From contig OX597817.1 of the NCBI GenBank assembly GCA_951406725.2, positions 110,918,001 to 110,982,000 on the forward strand: DNA of 64,000 nt. Reading direction: 5' to 3'. Under the pieces are notes generated by a model, which saw only the letters and a program-made list of their open reading frames with translations, searched no databases and was not told the origin of the DNA. A program made the position numbers and the translations under genes. Each line of letters opens with the position of its first letter. Positions within the stretch are counted from its first letter, which is position 1. Shown here in pieces: positions 12,727 to 26,248 of the stretch. This stretch comes from Octopus vulgaris. Its lineage: Eukaryota.

Positions 12727-13662
12727 CTGTATGAGTACAAATCTTGTATATAAATGTACCATGTACACAAGGAGAGGGCTGTACATTTACACTGGGCAAA
12801 TGGCTGATTCATTTAAGAATCATTATCGCAACCATGTTGCCAGCTCCAAGAGAATCAATAAGAGATATTCAACATCTTTGGCCAACTTTGTGTGGCAACT
12901 AAAGGAAGATAAAATTAAATATAACATAACTTGTTCCATAGTAAGGTATGCAAAACCATACAATATCATTTCCAGGAAATGCCAACTCTGCTCCGAGGAA
13001 CCTCTGTCTATTCTGTGTACCAATGAGAAGATTATTAATAGAATTTTTGAAAGACTCTAAAGATGCCTCCATGTTCTTTCACACAATGCAGTGTGAATGA
13101 ATTTGAGTAACTGCTAACATAATTTACTTTAAGGTATGGATGAATTAAGTTTAGCTTTAACATCCCCATTCTTATAAACACTATTTAACTCGCTATGTGA
13201 ACATGTGTGCAACAAACCCCATGTGTGCATCAAATCCCATGTGTGCATATGCTTACATCTTCATAGATGCTTGTATGAGCATGTGTACATGGCTATGCTG
13301 CTTGCACAAGGGTGTTTATAGATCCATATCCGTTAACGGTTATTTTTAATACTTTTCTTGTTGTATTGTGAGTTCATTTCTTTTTTGCATCTGTTATTTT
13401 ATTTTTGATCTTCTATATAAATGAAGGTATATCCTTTGTTTCGCTGCTTTTCTTTACAAGAAATGAGAAGATACATTGAAGAACTGTTATTTTAACTTAT
13501 ATATATGTATCACCTGACGAGACACATCTGCACCATTGGATGCTCCTGAACCAGTTGTTAAGTATCCCACCTGTAAGGGATCGATGCTAGATGTGTTGAA
13601 ACAATTGTCATGATTAATAAAAATTCTCAGATCTTCCATCTTCTGTCTTCTATTTACCACAT
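12727..13662 (+). mobile_element. Penelope-like element, 5'-truncated: GIY-YIG endonuclease remnant plus 3' pLTR with HHR
   Basis: ORF 12707-13060: CMSTNLVYKCT..YIYTGQ..FKNHYRNH..STSLANFVWQLK..YNIISRKCQLCSEE, the PLE GIY-YIG pattern (xVY..YxG..FKxRYxNH..TxLSxxxWxLK..CxLCxxE). HHR downstream; ends at a (TA)n tract. The left end abuts a truncated piggyBac MITE start (ttaaccctttagca, ~12663). Confidence 0.88.
13509..13614 (+). ncRNA. Type I hammerhead ribozyme with long stem II (PLE-associated)
   Basis: atcac-CTGACGA-gacacatct..agatgtgtt-GAAA-caattg-TC-atgat. 9-bp stem II base, palindromic stem III, GUC site. One stem I mismatch is explicable by CpG decay. Confidence 0.8.
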
Positions 13663-14095
13663 GTATATATATATATATATATATATTTCTTTAATACTAA
13701 TAGGTGTGAAACCATATAAGTGACTGAAGGGCCAAGAGCTTACTGTGTAATCACTTACCAAATTTATCAAAAATTAAATGTACTGTCAAATGGAACTCTT
13801 GCCTGTCTACAAATACACACATGTGTGTATGTGCATGTGTGTGAGTTGCCAATATGGATATTTATAGTTTTGATTTCTCCACTTCCTTTCTCACACACAC
13901 ACATATGCAGTAAAATATAAACAAATTTGACTACAGATAGATTAATCTATTTATTTAATTAGGTTAACAGTAATTAATTATGTATCCCATGTGTATTTAA
14001 TTATGTATAAGTATGTGTTGTGTGTATTTGTGATGAATATACATATACGCATATACACACACTCATATCCATCCATCCATCTATTTACCTACCTA

Positions 14096-14136
<41 letters not shown>

Positions 14137-14834
14137 TCATATATTCATTTTTGTATATATCTTTCTGATAATTATATGCAAGTCAAGTGCATTATCAAGT
14201 TCAAAAATATCCAACAAATGTGGTTTCTCTTATTAGATTTTGCTTGGTCAGCCGGTTATAAAAATGTCCTCAACAATTTACCTAACCTTCTTCTAGGAAT
14301 TAACCATGTTAAATAAAAGTGTCAGGGAAAATTTCATGGTTTCTTTCGCATTTTATTGTTTGTTTGACATTCTAAGTCTGTTTTTGGTTTTATATACATC
14401 ACCCAAGTTAGAAGTACTTTTGGTTTAGTCACATGCAATAAATATCTTCTTTTTCCAACCCCTACAAATAAAATATTATTATCCTAATTGAATTTGGCTG
14501 TACTAACCTTTTTGGTAAATGGATTTTGTAGACTGCTTATGTTCTCTGCCTGCTTTTCTATTTAACCTATATAAATAGTAGGGCTGGCACAAATATTATC
14601 CTGGACCAAAGTGAAGTACATAAAATACAGCTAACAAGGCAGACAGATGCCACTTAACTCTTTTGATGCCAACCTGTCTGACTGCCTTGGTTCTGTGATT
14701 CAAACCTTGGTTTAAATAAAAACATTCCATCAGATTTTATGCAAGAATCATTTGTTAATATATACAAACAAAATATAAATGATAATATATAAACAAAATA
14801 TAAATATAAACAATATTTTGGTGGTTACAAAGTG

Positions 14835-15047
14835 TCTGTTATCTTTTTGTCATTAGACTGTGGCCATGCTGGGGCACCACCTTGAAGAACTTTTAGTCAA
14901 ATGAATCACTTATTTTTTGTTAAGCCTGGTACTTATTTTATCAGTCTCTGTTGCTGAACCGCTGTTATGGGAAAATAAATGACCAACACTTGTTGTCAAG
15001 TGGTAGTGGGGGACAAACACAGGCACAGAGACTCACACATGCATGCA

Positions 15048-15089
<42 letters not shown>

Positions 15090-15227
15090 TGATGGGATTC
15101 TTTCAGTTTCTGTCTACCAAATCCTCTCATAAGGCTTTGATTGCCCAAGGTGCCATACAATGGGTCTGAACCTTGAACCATGTGGTTGGGAAGCAAGCTT
15201 CTTACAACACATCCACACCTGCACCTA
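14835..15227 (-). mobile_element. SINE family B
   Basis: Reverse complement of the element at 48366-48786, with an internal (CA)n. Confidence 0.8.
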
Positions 15228-17231
15228 TCAAAGAATTATTTCACCTATTTCACTAACCCTTCCAAGTTTCCAATTATTTAAGGCAGTGTTTTGCATTGAA
15301 AAGGTGGTCACAAAGAGGTTAACCTGCATCTATAGATTCTATATAATTCTTAATAAGGAATGTTTGTTATTAAGTCAAATTTGAAGTGGATAAAGTTTGA
15401 AAGTTTGTGCTATTCTTTTATGATTTATCATAAATGAATATAGTAGTGCTACTATCAAATCATTTTACATTCTCTTACTTGAATACCACTGTTCATTTTT
15501 GCTTTATATACCATAGAAACTTTTTCATAAAGCTATTGCTAGCTATTAATTTATGAGTCCGGCACACATAAGCTAAATCTCATCTTGGCTAGTACAATAG
15601 TACTAGTCAGTTTACATTCTAGAGTGTATATTTATTAGTATTCACACATTGGTAAACTCTATACCTTTAAAGTATGATCTTACTACATGTAGATGTATTG
15701 AAATACCTGCAGAAGACATTAACCCACAACTCTTGATCTCATAAAGCAATACATTAATTAAAAAATGGATAAATAAATAAATATAAAGGAAAGGACTTGA
15801 TTATATCAATAGTATGAATTTTGAAAAGAAAATGTTATGTCTCAACTTTTTCTATCTCAAGGAGTTTTTAACCCAATATTTACATGCTGTTATTTATAGT
15901 TTTTATTTACTTCAAGTTCTACAGCTAAAATCAAATTATTTCATGTTCTCTCAATGTTTCTAAATACTTATCATGTAAGCAACACAGACACACACACACA
16001 AATGAAAGGAAACATAATATATAGAAACCATTGTTGAAACCACAACTATTAAGTAGGGATAAACAATTTTTAACTCTATATTTTGGTAGAAATTGCCAAA
16101 TTTATATCACAAATTATTGTTGTATTTTTTTCTTTTTGTCATTAGAATATATTATATAACTTGGTTTTTGCAATAAACACCTCTCTTCTAGGATTAACTG
16201 AAGTTATTTTCTGTTTTAGTAGGTTCATCTTGCCTACCCTTTTTATCAATGCTAGTTTGGCTATTAAAGTCTGTTGACTAGTTTTATTAGTTTATTTTAT
16301 AGCTTTCAATTTGACGTATAGCCTTTTAGTACCAGTTTCTCAGATTTTAAGTGTCAGACTGTTGATTTCTTTTATCGCAACATGTGTAGAATTCTGATAC
16401 TATAACTTTTTCTTTCTTTCTTTTATTATTTTGTTTAAAGTGTATTTAGAGATATCTAATATGTAATCCCCAATAATGTAGTTATGTTATACAATGGTTT
16501 TTGTAGCTATTGACACAGAAAACAAGTGTATAAGGTATCACTTTAAAAGTAGGCTTAGATACAAATCCAATTAACGACTAATTGTCTAATGTTTCTTATG
16601 AAAAGCCAACAAGTCTGGTTTTAGAAGCATTTTTGTATTAAACTTTTTGACAATCAAAACAGATAGAGAATCCCTATCAAAGAGCAACTCTGTGAAGTAG
16701 ACCTAAGTGAACCCAGAATCAACTTTCTAGATAAATTTTATGGCAAGTATTTTATTTCGACACACACATGTATATATACACTCCTTATACAAATACCACT
16801 TTTCAGAACTTACACTTTCTGTGTTTATTTTATGTTGATATTTTCTTATTTCAGCTGTACTTTTGAGATAAAACAGAATATTTTTTTATGATTTATATAT
16901 CAGGTCATCCCTAAGTCAAAAAGTCATTATATATCTATATATATCATATTGTGAGTTAAAATCTATTCATTTTTCTAAAATATTTTTTTAAATATTATAT
17001 CTAGAGGATAGTATATTAGCATCAACCATAATCTTCATTTTTCTTTGTTTGAAATTGAAATACTTATTATCATGAAAGTATCAGAGAGTAGTAAGTATTA
17101 GAAATAGCAGAGCATCCTACTAAAGGCATCATAATATTTAGTTATAATCTTCTGAGTTTGATTTTCATCTAGGAAAACTGTTATCCTTTCTTTATCAACG
17201 ACATGTGGCAGTCATGCTGTGGGTTGATTCA

Positions 17232-17480
17232 TGGAGACACATGGCTTAGTGGTTAGGGTGTTGGACTCATGATCATAAGATTGTGGTTTTGATTCCTGGA
17301 CCAGGTGACACGTTGTGTTCTTGAGCAAAACACTTAATTTCATGCTGCTCCAGTCCATTCAGTTGGCATAAGTGACTAATCCTGTGATGGACCAACGTCT
17401 CGTGTTGGTGAAGAACTTATACACCATGGTAACCGGTAAACTGGCCCTTATGAATCAGGATGACTCAAGAAGATAACTTT
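17232..17480 (+). mobile_element. tRNA-derived SINE (head related to family C)
   Basis: A box tggcttagtgg, B-box-like gttttgattcc, then gttgtgttcttgagcaaaacactt central block. Confidence 0.75.
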
Positions 17481-19230
17481 GCCTTTCCTTTTTAGTGGAT
17501 TGATTCAAACAAATTTACCCCTTACCCCAAAGCTTATATCTTTGTGGTTAACTTTGTAAAAGCTTTATTATAATTGTATAATCCATATACACTACCTAAA
17601 ATACTAATCTCTTTCAGATAACCTGCAATCTTTTTATCCCATTACTGTCTCTTTACTTTCATTCTCTGAATTAATTTTGCTGCATTGGTTGGATTTCAAT
17701 GCAGTATGAGTATTCTTGAGAGCTAGACCTAATCCATTATCAAGTTCACCACTGCCATCTGACACTGGGTGCCTTTAACATAAAGTCCACTCTGTTGCAA
17801 ACATTTGGAACAGGTTTCCAGTCTCAGGATTATTTAGTATCTTATTGTGCTTCTTCCTCTTTCTGCAGCCCATGAATCACAGTTTCTGCTCATTTTTTAT
17901 CCTATCCCACAAATCTCAGAGATCTGTGAAGATTATAAGTATTATTCTTTCTCTTCTGGTAAAGTCATTACCATTAAAAAAAAGTAAAAAAAAAACTCTT
18001 TAAGGCTTGAGTGGAGGTAAAGAAATAGTAAATCCGCATCTACAGAGAATGATACTTTCCAACTGTGGTATAGATGATATTTCTGGAGTAATGAAATGTC
18101 AAAAAAATATGACTCATATCAACAGTATACTTGGGTCTATTGACCAATTCCCTCCCCTTTTCAGTGGTGTATTTTTTTAAGAAATCAATATTTGGTTGAC
18201 TTGCAGTAATTTTTGTTGAACTCATCAAAAAGACTAGAAGCAATGGCCAATGTCATTTTGATTTGATTACTTGTAGTTGCTAATTGTTACATCTTATATA
18301 CATTCTTTAGCTTGATTTTGTAATGAGCTAATAAACTAATTTAATGACATTTCCTTTGTCAACTCATCGAATTTGCTAATGTTCATAAAATAACATCACT
18401 CTTTCCACTCTCTTACTTACTGTTTCCCATGCAACATCAATAAATATTGCCTCTTTCTATCTTGTCTCACTGGAACGTACTGTAACTTTTTTTTTTATTA
18501 TTCTAATATCTCTCTTCCTCTGTCACACACATTCTCGCTTTCTCTCACATACACAATTATATAGTTTCTTGATCAAAAAATTTATTTCTACAGTACCTTT
18601 TACTTGTCATTTTGAACTTTTTGTCATTCAAGTTGTTGCAGTTGTCAAGTTCTACAGTTCTCTATTAGACATTTTGTAAGAGAAACCTTGGTTTATACAT
18701 AAATGAAAGCTGGAAATCAGTCTGAACTCAAGGAAGCCTGGAAAGATTTAGTAGTCAGATTTTATTTCTGAGCACTATTTTTGTGGGCATTGAAATTGCT
18801 TTTTATTTCTATTAGTAATTCAATGACATAATTTGATGTAAATTTCAAATATATTCTAACTAAATCATGTATGCATTGGTTATAGCTTGACCTTACTTTA
18901 AGCATAAACATATATGATAAAATGATTATTGTAACTTACTGTATATTGATTTATTTTTTTAATGTTTCCTTTTTCTCGCGTAAACATGTTATGTTGATAG
19001 GTGGAAATACTTGAATAGCTTCAACAGTTTAGCTTGTAATCTCATAAATAAATACAAATTCTGGATATTTTGAAAACTTCTCTTGATGGTTAAGCAAACA
19101 AATGTATTTTATTGCCTTATTACCTTTAATTTTGTTGTTCAATAATGTTATAAGAATTTATAAACTTTTGAGAGAATGTGAGAGAACTTTTTTCTAGAAT
19201 TAGATCTTGAAGTATATATAAAGCTATAAA

Positions 19231-19714
19231 TAATAATAATAAATTCTTTTATTGGCCACAAGGGCTAATGTAAAGATACATTTTCGGACATGGCAAAATG
19301 ATACAAAGGGTTTTAGAACATGCAAATAAAATAACAAGGAAAAACCAAATAAGACTCCCAATAGGGGGAGGTGCTTTAAGGCTATTCATGGCAAAACTCA
19401 CAAAAGCCACGGGTGCCTGATCAACAGGGCAAGAGCCCATCTCCTTTTATTCTTTTGTACAGGTGTATTCTCAGAATTGGTCCATTCACACTGGCCATTT
19501 TTCCAACATCCATCCACCTTTCAATAAATTTGCTATAAGACAACATTTCCCTCTCCCTCCTCATGATGTAGGTGCATGAGGTGGAGGTTGTTGCGAATAG
19601 TCCTGGTTAGGATGATGCATGTTTGTGCCTTGCCAATCAGCTTGTCCATGACAAGCACCTACCTCTTGGCTAACACCATGGCGAAAATCTTCAAATTTGC
19701 ATTGAGCAGAGTGT
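19231..19714 (-). mobile_element. Tx1/L1-clade LINE, internally deleted fragment in (TAA)n
   Basis: Minus translation TLLNANLKIFAMVLAKR*VLVMDKLIGKAQTCIILTRTIRNNLHLM (start of L1/Tx1 RT) joined directly to C-terminal EREMLSYSKFIERW, then a 3'UTR ending ccttgtggccaataaaagaatttattatt. Confidence 0.82.
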
Positions 19715-19730
19715 AATAATAATAATAATA

Positions 19731-19961
19731 ATCCTTTCTACTATAGACACAAGGCCTGAAATTTGGGCAGAGGTAGTGAGAGGTACAGTTGATTACATGA
19801 CACCAGTGTTAACTGGTACTCAATTTATTAATCCCGAAAGGATGAAAGGCAAAGCCAACCTCAGCAGAATTTGAACTCAGAATGTAGTGACAGGCAAAAA
19901 AAACAAAAAAAACACTAAGCATTTCATCCAGCATGCCAATGATTCTGCCAGCTTGCTGCCT

Positions 19962-19962
<1 letters not shown>
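19731..19962 (-). mobile_element. SINE family A
   Basis: Full-length reverse copy with (TAA)n on both sides. Confidence 0.88.
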
Positions 19963-19963
<1 letters not shown>

Positions 19964-20030
<67 letters not shown>

Positions 20031-20056
20031 GTAATAGTAGTAGTAGTAGTAGTAGT
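19964..20056. repeat. (AAT)n-(AGT)n microsatellite
   Basis: Directly visible. Confidence 0.98.
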
Positions 20057-21242
20057 TTTATATGCACTTTGAGATGCAATTCTTCAAAAGAATAAATTCT
20101 GAATTAGATGCCACATATAATTATGATCCCTAGAGTAACAATAATTGTTTCTAAGAATTTCTCCATAACCCTTCATAATTTGTTTTTATAGGGTTAATTT
20201 TTGTTTCATGATCAAAGTCAAACTGAAATATATACAATTTATATGGATTAGTATTTCCACAAATTTAACTCAAGCAAGAAATTGGCTGGAGGTTGTAGCT
20301 AACCCTCACCAACATGATTGATGGAATTGGCAAACTGACATATTTTCTAAAGTAGAGAAAATCAGTTCAACAAAGAGCTGAATACTTTGGGAAAAAATGA
20401 GCGGAACATCTTGAAGAAAAAATTTGAAGGAAAAGAACAAAACTTCCAATGACTATGATCTGTGTCTGTTGTGGAACAATCTGAAGGTTAAGGCATATTC
20501 AGCTTTCAAGGAATCTACATTAGGGCAAGGTGGACAATCATTTTTGAAAGTGAGGAACTGCCACAAAATAATATTTAGTAGTTAGAAAAAGTTGTCATTA
20601 ATTCAGAAATGGACATTAAAACAACAATAATATGTTGCACGATTCATCATTTCTGCCTTTGTGACGAAAAAAAAAATTCACTTTACTAACCTTTTTTATA
20701 TTTATCAGTGTAATGCCTGATAATTTTTCCTTTGCTTATTACATATCATAAGCATTTTATATTCTTATACTTGCTTGTCATATTTTGGTAAGAATCAGAG
20801 ATCTATTTTAAGTATCTTATTTTTGGTCTGTGAAATTTTGTATATCTTTTCCAACCTCTAAAGAAATAAACTCCAGATTTTTACTTTGATTTCCTTTGTA
20901 GTATTTGACGTAAAATTCTCAGAAAATTACTTTTGTTACATTTCTTCTTAGTTACTGGAACAGATCTGATTCTTTTGTGGTAAAACAACATATTACCAAA
21001 AATCTTAGTAAATACGTTTGTCCTGTTCCTTCTTTTGCTTAACAAATTGCTCTAAACTTGAGTAGATTCACTGCCAACAATGGATTATTACAGGTTTATG
21101 CACTTCATTTTACTGTTATCCAAACACCAAAATATTTCAGCATTCTGTTTATAAATCTTCATGTATATTTCTTACAAATATTTTCATTTCTGAAAAGTAC
21201 ATTTTGAAAATTTCAATTTTATTACATTTGTTAGTTGGATTG

Positions 21243-21442
21243 CATCATCATCATCATCATCGTTTAACGTCCGTTTTCCGCGCTAGCACGGGTTGGACGG
21301 TTCGACCGGGGTCTGGGGAGCCAGGGGCTGCCCCAGGCTCCAGTCTGGTCTGGCAGTGTTTCTACAGCTGGATGCCCTTCCTAACGCCAACCACTCCGCG
21401 AGTGTAGTGGGTGCTTTTTACGTGCCACCTGCACAGGAGCCA
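21243..21442 (-). mobile_element. Repeat family D (RTE-like 3' end with (ATG)n tail), young copy
   Basis: (cat)n-cgtttaacgtccgttttcc..ggatgcccttcctaacgccaacc, CpGs retained. Decayed copies near 4800-4900, 36361-36520, 43500-43600 and 45450-45700. RTE affinity is inferred from the tail and 3' motif. Confidence 0.7.
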
Positions 21443-23121
21443 TATAATATATATATACACATACATACATACATATATTGATATTGATATTATTGCATAG
21501 TTTTGTTTTACATTTAGGTTGTTCTAGTTGGCCTTAAATATTTAAAAAAGTTATTGTTTCAGTAGTAATCTTTGATCAAATAGATAATGCAATGGAGCTT
21601 ATCAACTGCATATTTTGTTACAAATCTCATAAGCTGAATATCTTCTATGCATTAAAAACTTACTTGTTAATTGCTTTTCAGTGTAATTTTGATAAAGTAT
21701 TTATAGGGCTCTATCTTCTCTGTATATTTTATCTCTGCTTAGTTAAACCATACTTTTATTACTTGTATAATTTCTTAGTCATTTATCCATAGCACTAACT
21801 AAAGTCAGTTCTGATTAACATCAGCATTTTGAGCTGAAATTGATATGATATTTTACCTCTTTTTATATTCAAACTATAATGTTAGAAAGACTGATGTAGT
21901 TATTTGATAGCTTTATTTAGTTCAGAGATGAAAATACTTAATTTAAAATCCCATTTCTTTGGCTTTCCTGTTCATAACTATCTTGTTTTATTGTAATATT
22001 GTTAATTTTGTTTTAAAACAAAGATTTGTTAAATCTAAAACTATATAGTTACTCTGCTTTAAATTTTTAAACATCTTCCTACTCTGTGTTAAAGAAAGAA
22101 CAGAATTTGTTGAGAAATTTTGCTAGCCAAAAGCAAGCTGTGAAAAAGTTTTTCTAATGTATTTGAAACAAGAAGTTTGCAATGATAAAGCAGATTTTTA
22201 AAATATATTTTGACAATATCTATTTAACTTTAATTATGGTAGTATACCTGAGTTTCGAATGAAAATAGAATGTTGAACTTGCTTCTACTTTGTGAATTTA
22301 TCCTTTGTCCACTGCCAATAACCAATGCTGAGCCAATTATTGTTGAAAGGAAGTGTGTTGAAATAATTGATATCATCTGATTGGTACAAATGGCAGTGGG
22401 AATCTGGAAATACAAAGAATTTCATAATATTTAGCTTGGTATTATATAGCTGAACACTTTCTATTAGATAGCAAGAAAACGATTTATTTCCATTGTGTTT
22501 AAGTTACCATGACAGCTTATGTGAGAGTGTAGTTAAAATAATAATAAGAAATAAATAATAAAAGGAAAAGAGAAATTTATTCTACAAACCAAATAAAGCT
22601 TCTAGAGGATTTTCTTTTACCTTAAATAATAAAGCCGTTTATTTGACATGATGTAATATTTAACACATTTTGTTATATACTTGGCATTGTACAAATCTTG
22701 CAACTGATATTACTTATTTCTCCATATATACTTATTTTAGCATTTTTCTTTATAATTCTTACAGTATGTTTGTTAGTCTACCATAGTTGTTTTATTAGAG
22801 TTAAAACACATGGGAAAAGTCAGATTCATTAAAAACACATAGTTCCCAACGATATGTAAATGATTAGTAAAGGTTAAACTTCCTGATCGTGTTACTTTAT
22901 GTAAAAAATATGTACACCAAATATCATTAAGTGTTATTCTCTGTAAACTAGGCATCAATAAGTTCGACTGACCCTTCTTGTCTGGCTTGAATGACCTTTT
23001 TTTGTCTGGCTTTGGATGAATTCAAATTTTTTATTTTGCCGTAGACAAACTGATGATTTGTTTTATTTTCTGTATGATTGATTTGATACTATTTATGCAA
23101 AATATAGGTTTAGATACAATA

Positions 23122-23163
<42 letters not shown>

Positions 23164-25333
23164 CATACACACTCACACATTCATAATTTTAGGTATATTT
23201 TAGAAACCACTCAAGTTATTGTAATGATTTCTATAGAAAGATTTGAATTTTGTCCCATAAATCTTACAATTTATTTCATATGTTAAAGTGTTTTTGTTGC
23301 TCAACTGCAAACTGGTCTTGACACAGTTCCACTGCAACTGTTAGAAGTCTTGGAATTAAACTTTTGATACATGACACTGACTGAGGTTATTAACACTCCA
23401 GTTAAACTAATATAAGCTACAAAAGAAAAAAAAAATGTATATATATATGCATAGAAATGCAATTGACTTTCATTATTAAAAATTGTCTTTTTTTACTTTA
23501 GTTATAAAAATTTCTACAGAATTATATTGTTGGCATTTAAATAATAATTATGATTCAAACAATCTAGAAAAATAAATTCCGGCTGTGAAATCCAATTAGA
23601 TTCCCTGTTGGATGGTGATTGAATCTGTATGGGCTATCATAATCACATGTCCATTTATGTTTCTGTTGAATATTTATCAAATAAGAAAAGATTATTCCAC
23701 AAACAAAATACAAAGATATATGTGTTATTTCTTGATAATGAGTTTACAGAATTCCAATCTTGATTCAGATGATAGTAACTAAAATTTCATTATAATTTGT
23801 CCTTATAACTTAATCAGTACAACACATGATATTGTAATTTTCATCAGTTTTTACTTATTATTTAACTGACTATTCTCATATATATTTATACCATTTCTTC
23901 TGAATTTTCTTAGGATACTAAAAGCAGGTACACTTGGTTTCTCATTTGGTATTACAGCTTTGATTTTGAATTCATTCGGGAAAGGATGAGCAGTGCTTTT
24001 GATGTTTACAAGCCCTTCCAAACTTGTGAAATTGATATGGCTGGTGCCTAGCCTTCAGCATCGTAAGGTCAATGTGGGAAAAACATAGGTGGTGAAAGAA
24101 CAGGGAGGAGTGTGTGTGTGCATGTGTTTAGTTCAAATACCTGCATCTCAGTGAACTCCTCTGAAAGTACCCAAGGACCATGTGATAGTGTGTTAGATGG
24201 ATAAGCTAGTGAACAAATATTATATGGATATTGAAGTAAAATTCATTGAAAGTATTTTATTGTGCTTTAGTTTATTTAGTTGCCAGAAATTGTCATGAGA
24301 TCTTATATTTCAAAGCATAATACAACTATTATGAGAGAAACAAGCCAATGTTGCAGCTAACCTGTATTTTGTTGTGTGACTTGCTATATCTAGCAACCAA
24401 ATCTCCTTTAAATTACATCCCACTGCCAGGAAAATAGAATGGTGCTTTGGATAATGCAATTCTAGATACACTACATATTAAGAGTGAAGAATGATCAGAG
24501 CTGGATCATGGTTCTAATAAATCTAGTCTAAAAAGCATCAATAGGGAAATGCTTAAAACTTGCATGATCTTTATGTAGATGTCTATCCCCTCAAATGCTA
24601 TCTGCGTATAAGTTGGATAGTAATATCTCAATGCTTCCAACTCTCAATATATATATATATGAGGTGGAGTAGGAAAGTATCAAGACTATCCTTAAGGACA
24701 CCATCATGTGAAATATGAAATACTCCATACATAATAAATCAAGCCATTGCTTTGCTTCAAGGTTAAACTTAAAGTAAGGGTGAAGCAGATTTCAGATAAA
24801 GACCAGATTATTGTATTTATTTTGACTTAAGATTGAATCTTGGAGAAACATTTATTTCAAAAGGACACTGCAAGAGTGGAATATGCCATAGTGACTATGA
24901 AACTCCCGAGACCATACAAAAATAGAAAGGTAAATAAAACAAAAACAAAATTAATGTAAATACAAAAATGTATGTATTAACAATGGCTCAGGTTAAGTGC
25001 AGATGAGAGTAAACCCCTACAATTACAGTATTCCTGTGAGGAGTAATGACTTTAGGTATTATTAGCTTTGAATGACATAATGAAGTAACAATGTTACACA
25101 TACTATAATTAAGAGAATAGGTAGTGCACCTGTCATTGTGCCTGAGATATGTCACTAGAAGTAGTAGTTGTTACTACAATGATTATTACAAAATCCTTTT
25201 TTTAAGCATATTTGTCCAACTGAAATGTTTGATGACACATATTACTTATTTACTGTTTTACATAAATAATAATAATAATAATATTAATAATAATAATAAT
25301 AATAATTGTACCACCACCACCACCACCACCACC

Positions 25334-25455
25334 ACTAATAATAATAATAATAATACTTGAAAGACTGCTGAAAACCTGTGGATACCTAAGGTTACAGGTA
25401 GTAACTCGCTACCCACATAAATCCTACCATGAATAAGACCGAACCTGTACCAATT
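25334..25455 (+). mobile_element. R4/Dong 3'UTR stub inside (TAA)n
   Basis: gtggatacctaaggttacaggtagtaactcgctacccacataaatcctacc..aataagac matches the reverse complement of the 3'UTR at ~53690-53790. Confidence 0.75.
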
Positions 25456-25470
25456 GTAATAATAGTAATA

Positions 25471-25688
25471 ATCCTTTCTACTATAGGTACAAAGCCTGAA
25501 ATTTTTTTGGGTGGGGAGATAATCAATTTTGTTGACACCAGTACTCAACTGGTACTTATTTTATTGACCCTGAAAGGATGAAAGGCAAAGTCGACCTTGG
25601 TGGAATTTGAACTCAGAAGATGAGGATGTATGAAATACCACTAAGCATTTTGCCTGGCAGTCTAATGATACTGTCAGCTCACCACCTT
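25471..25688 (-). mobile_element. SINE family A
   Basis: Full-length reverse copy within (TAA)n. Confidence 0.88.
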
Positions 25689-25886
25689 AATAATAATAAT
25701 GATAATAATAATAGTAATAATAATAGTAATTATAATAGTAATAATAGTAATAATAATAATAATAGTAATAATAATAGTAATAATAATAGTAATAATAATA
25801 ATAATAGTAATAATAATAATAGTAATAATAATAATAATAGTAATAATAATAGTAATAATAATAGTAATAATAATAATAATAATAAA
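25689..25886. repeat. (AAT)n with interspersed AGT, compound microsatellite
   Basis: Directly visible; source of the poly-N/I/Y ORFs. Confidence 0.98.
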
Positions 25887-25952
25887 TTCTGGTTTTATTG
25901 TCCACAAGGGATGACATAAATCAAAAAGCATGTAAGGACAAACACAGGACGA
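25881..25952 (-). mobile_element. Tx1-like 3' terminal stub
   Basis: aataaattct..ttttattgtccacaaggg resembles aataaattcttttattggccacaaggg at ~19238-19264. Confidence 0.55.
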
Positions 25953-26032
25953 TAATAATAATAATAATAATAATGATAATTATAATAATAGTTATAATAA
26001 TAATTGTAATAGTAATTGTAATAATAATAATA

Positions 26033-26248
26033 ATTCTTTCAACTACTGGCACAATGCCTGAAATTTTGGGGAAGGAAGCTAGTTGATTACATTAACCCCA
26101 GTACTTGACTGGTACTTATTTTATCAACCCTGAATGGATGAAAAGCAAAGCCGACCTTGGCAGAATTTGAATTCAGAACGTAAAGACAGATGAAATGCTG
26201 CTAAGTGTTTTATCTGGCATGCTAATGATTCTGCTAGCTTGCTGCCTC
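26033..26248 (-). mobile_element. SINE family A
   Basis: Full-length reverse copy within (TAA)n. Confidence 0.88.

Noticed and set aside
18040-18243. 67-aa minus ORF with TTEKGREL, vaguely FLYWCH-like
   Set aside because: Lacks the W-C-C-H-H residues; unsupported.
22270-22380. 36-aa ORF MLNLLLLCEFILCPLPITNAEPIIVERKCVEIIDII with a hydrophobic start
   Set aside because: Too short, with no recognisable family or supporting signals.
23957-24050. Possible exon FDFEFIRERMSSAFDVYKPFQTCEIDMAGA*
   Set aside because: No recognisable homology, modest acceptor and no linked exons.
25620-26086. Poly-N, poly-I and poly-Y ORFs
   Set aside because: Translations of the (AAT)n microsatellite.
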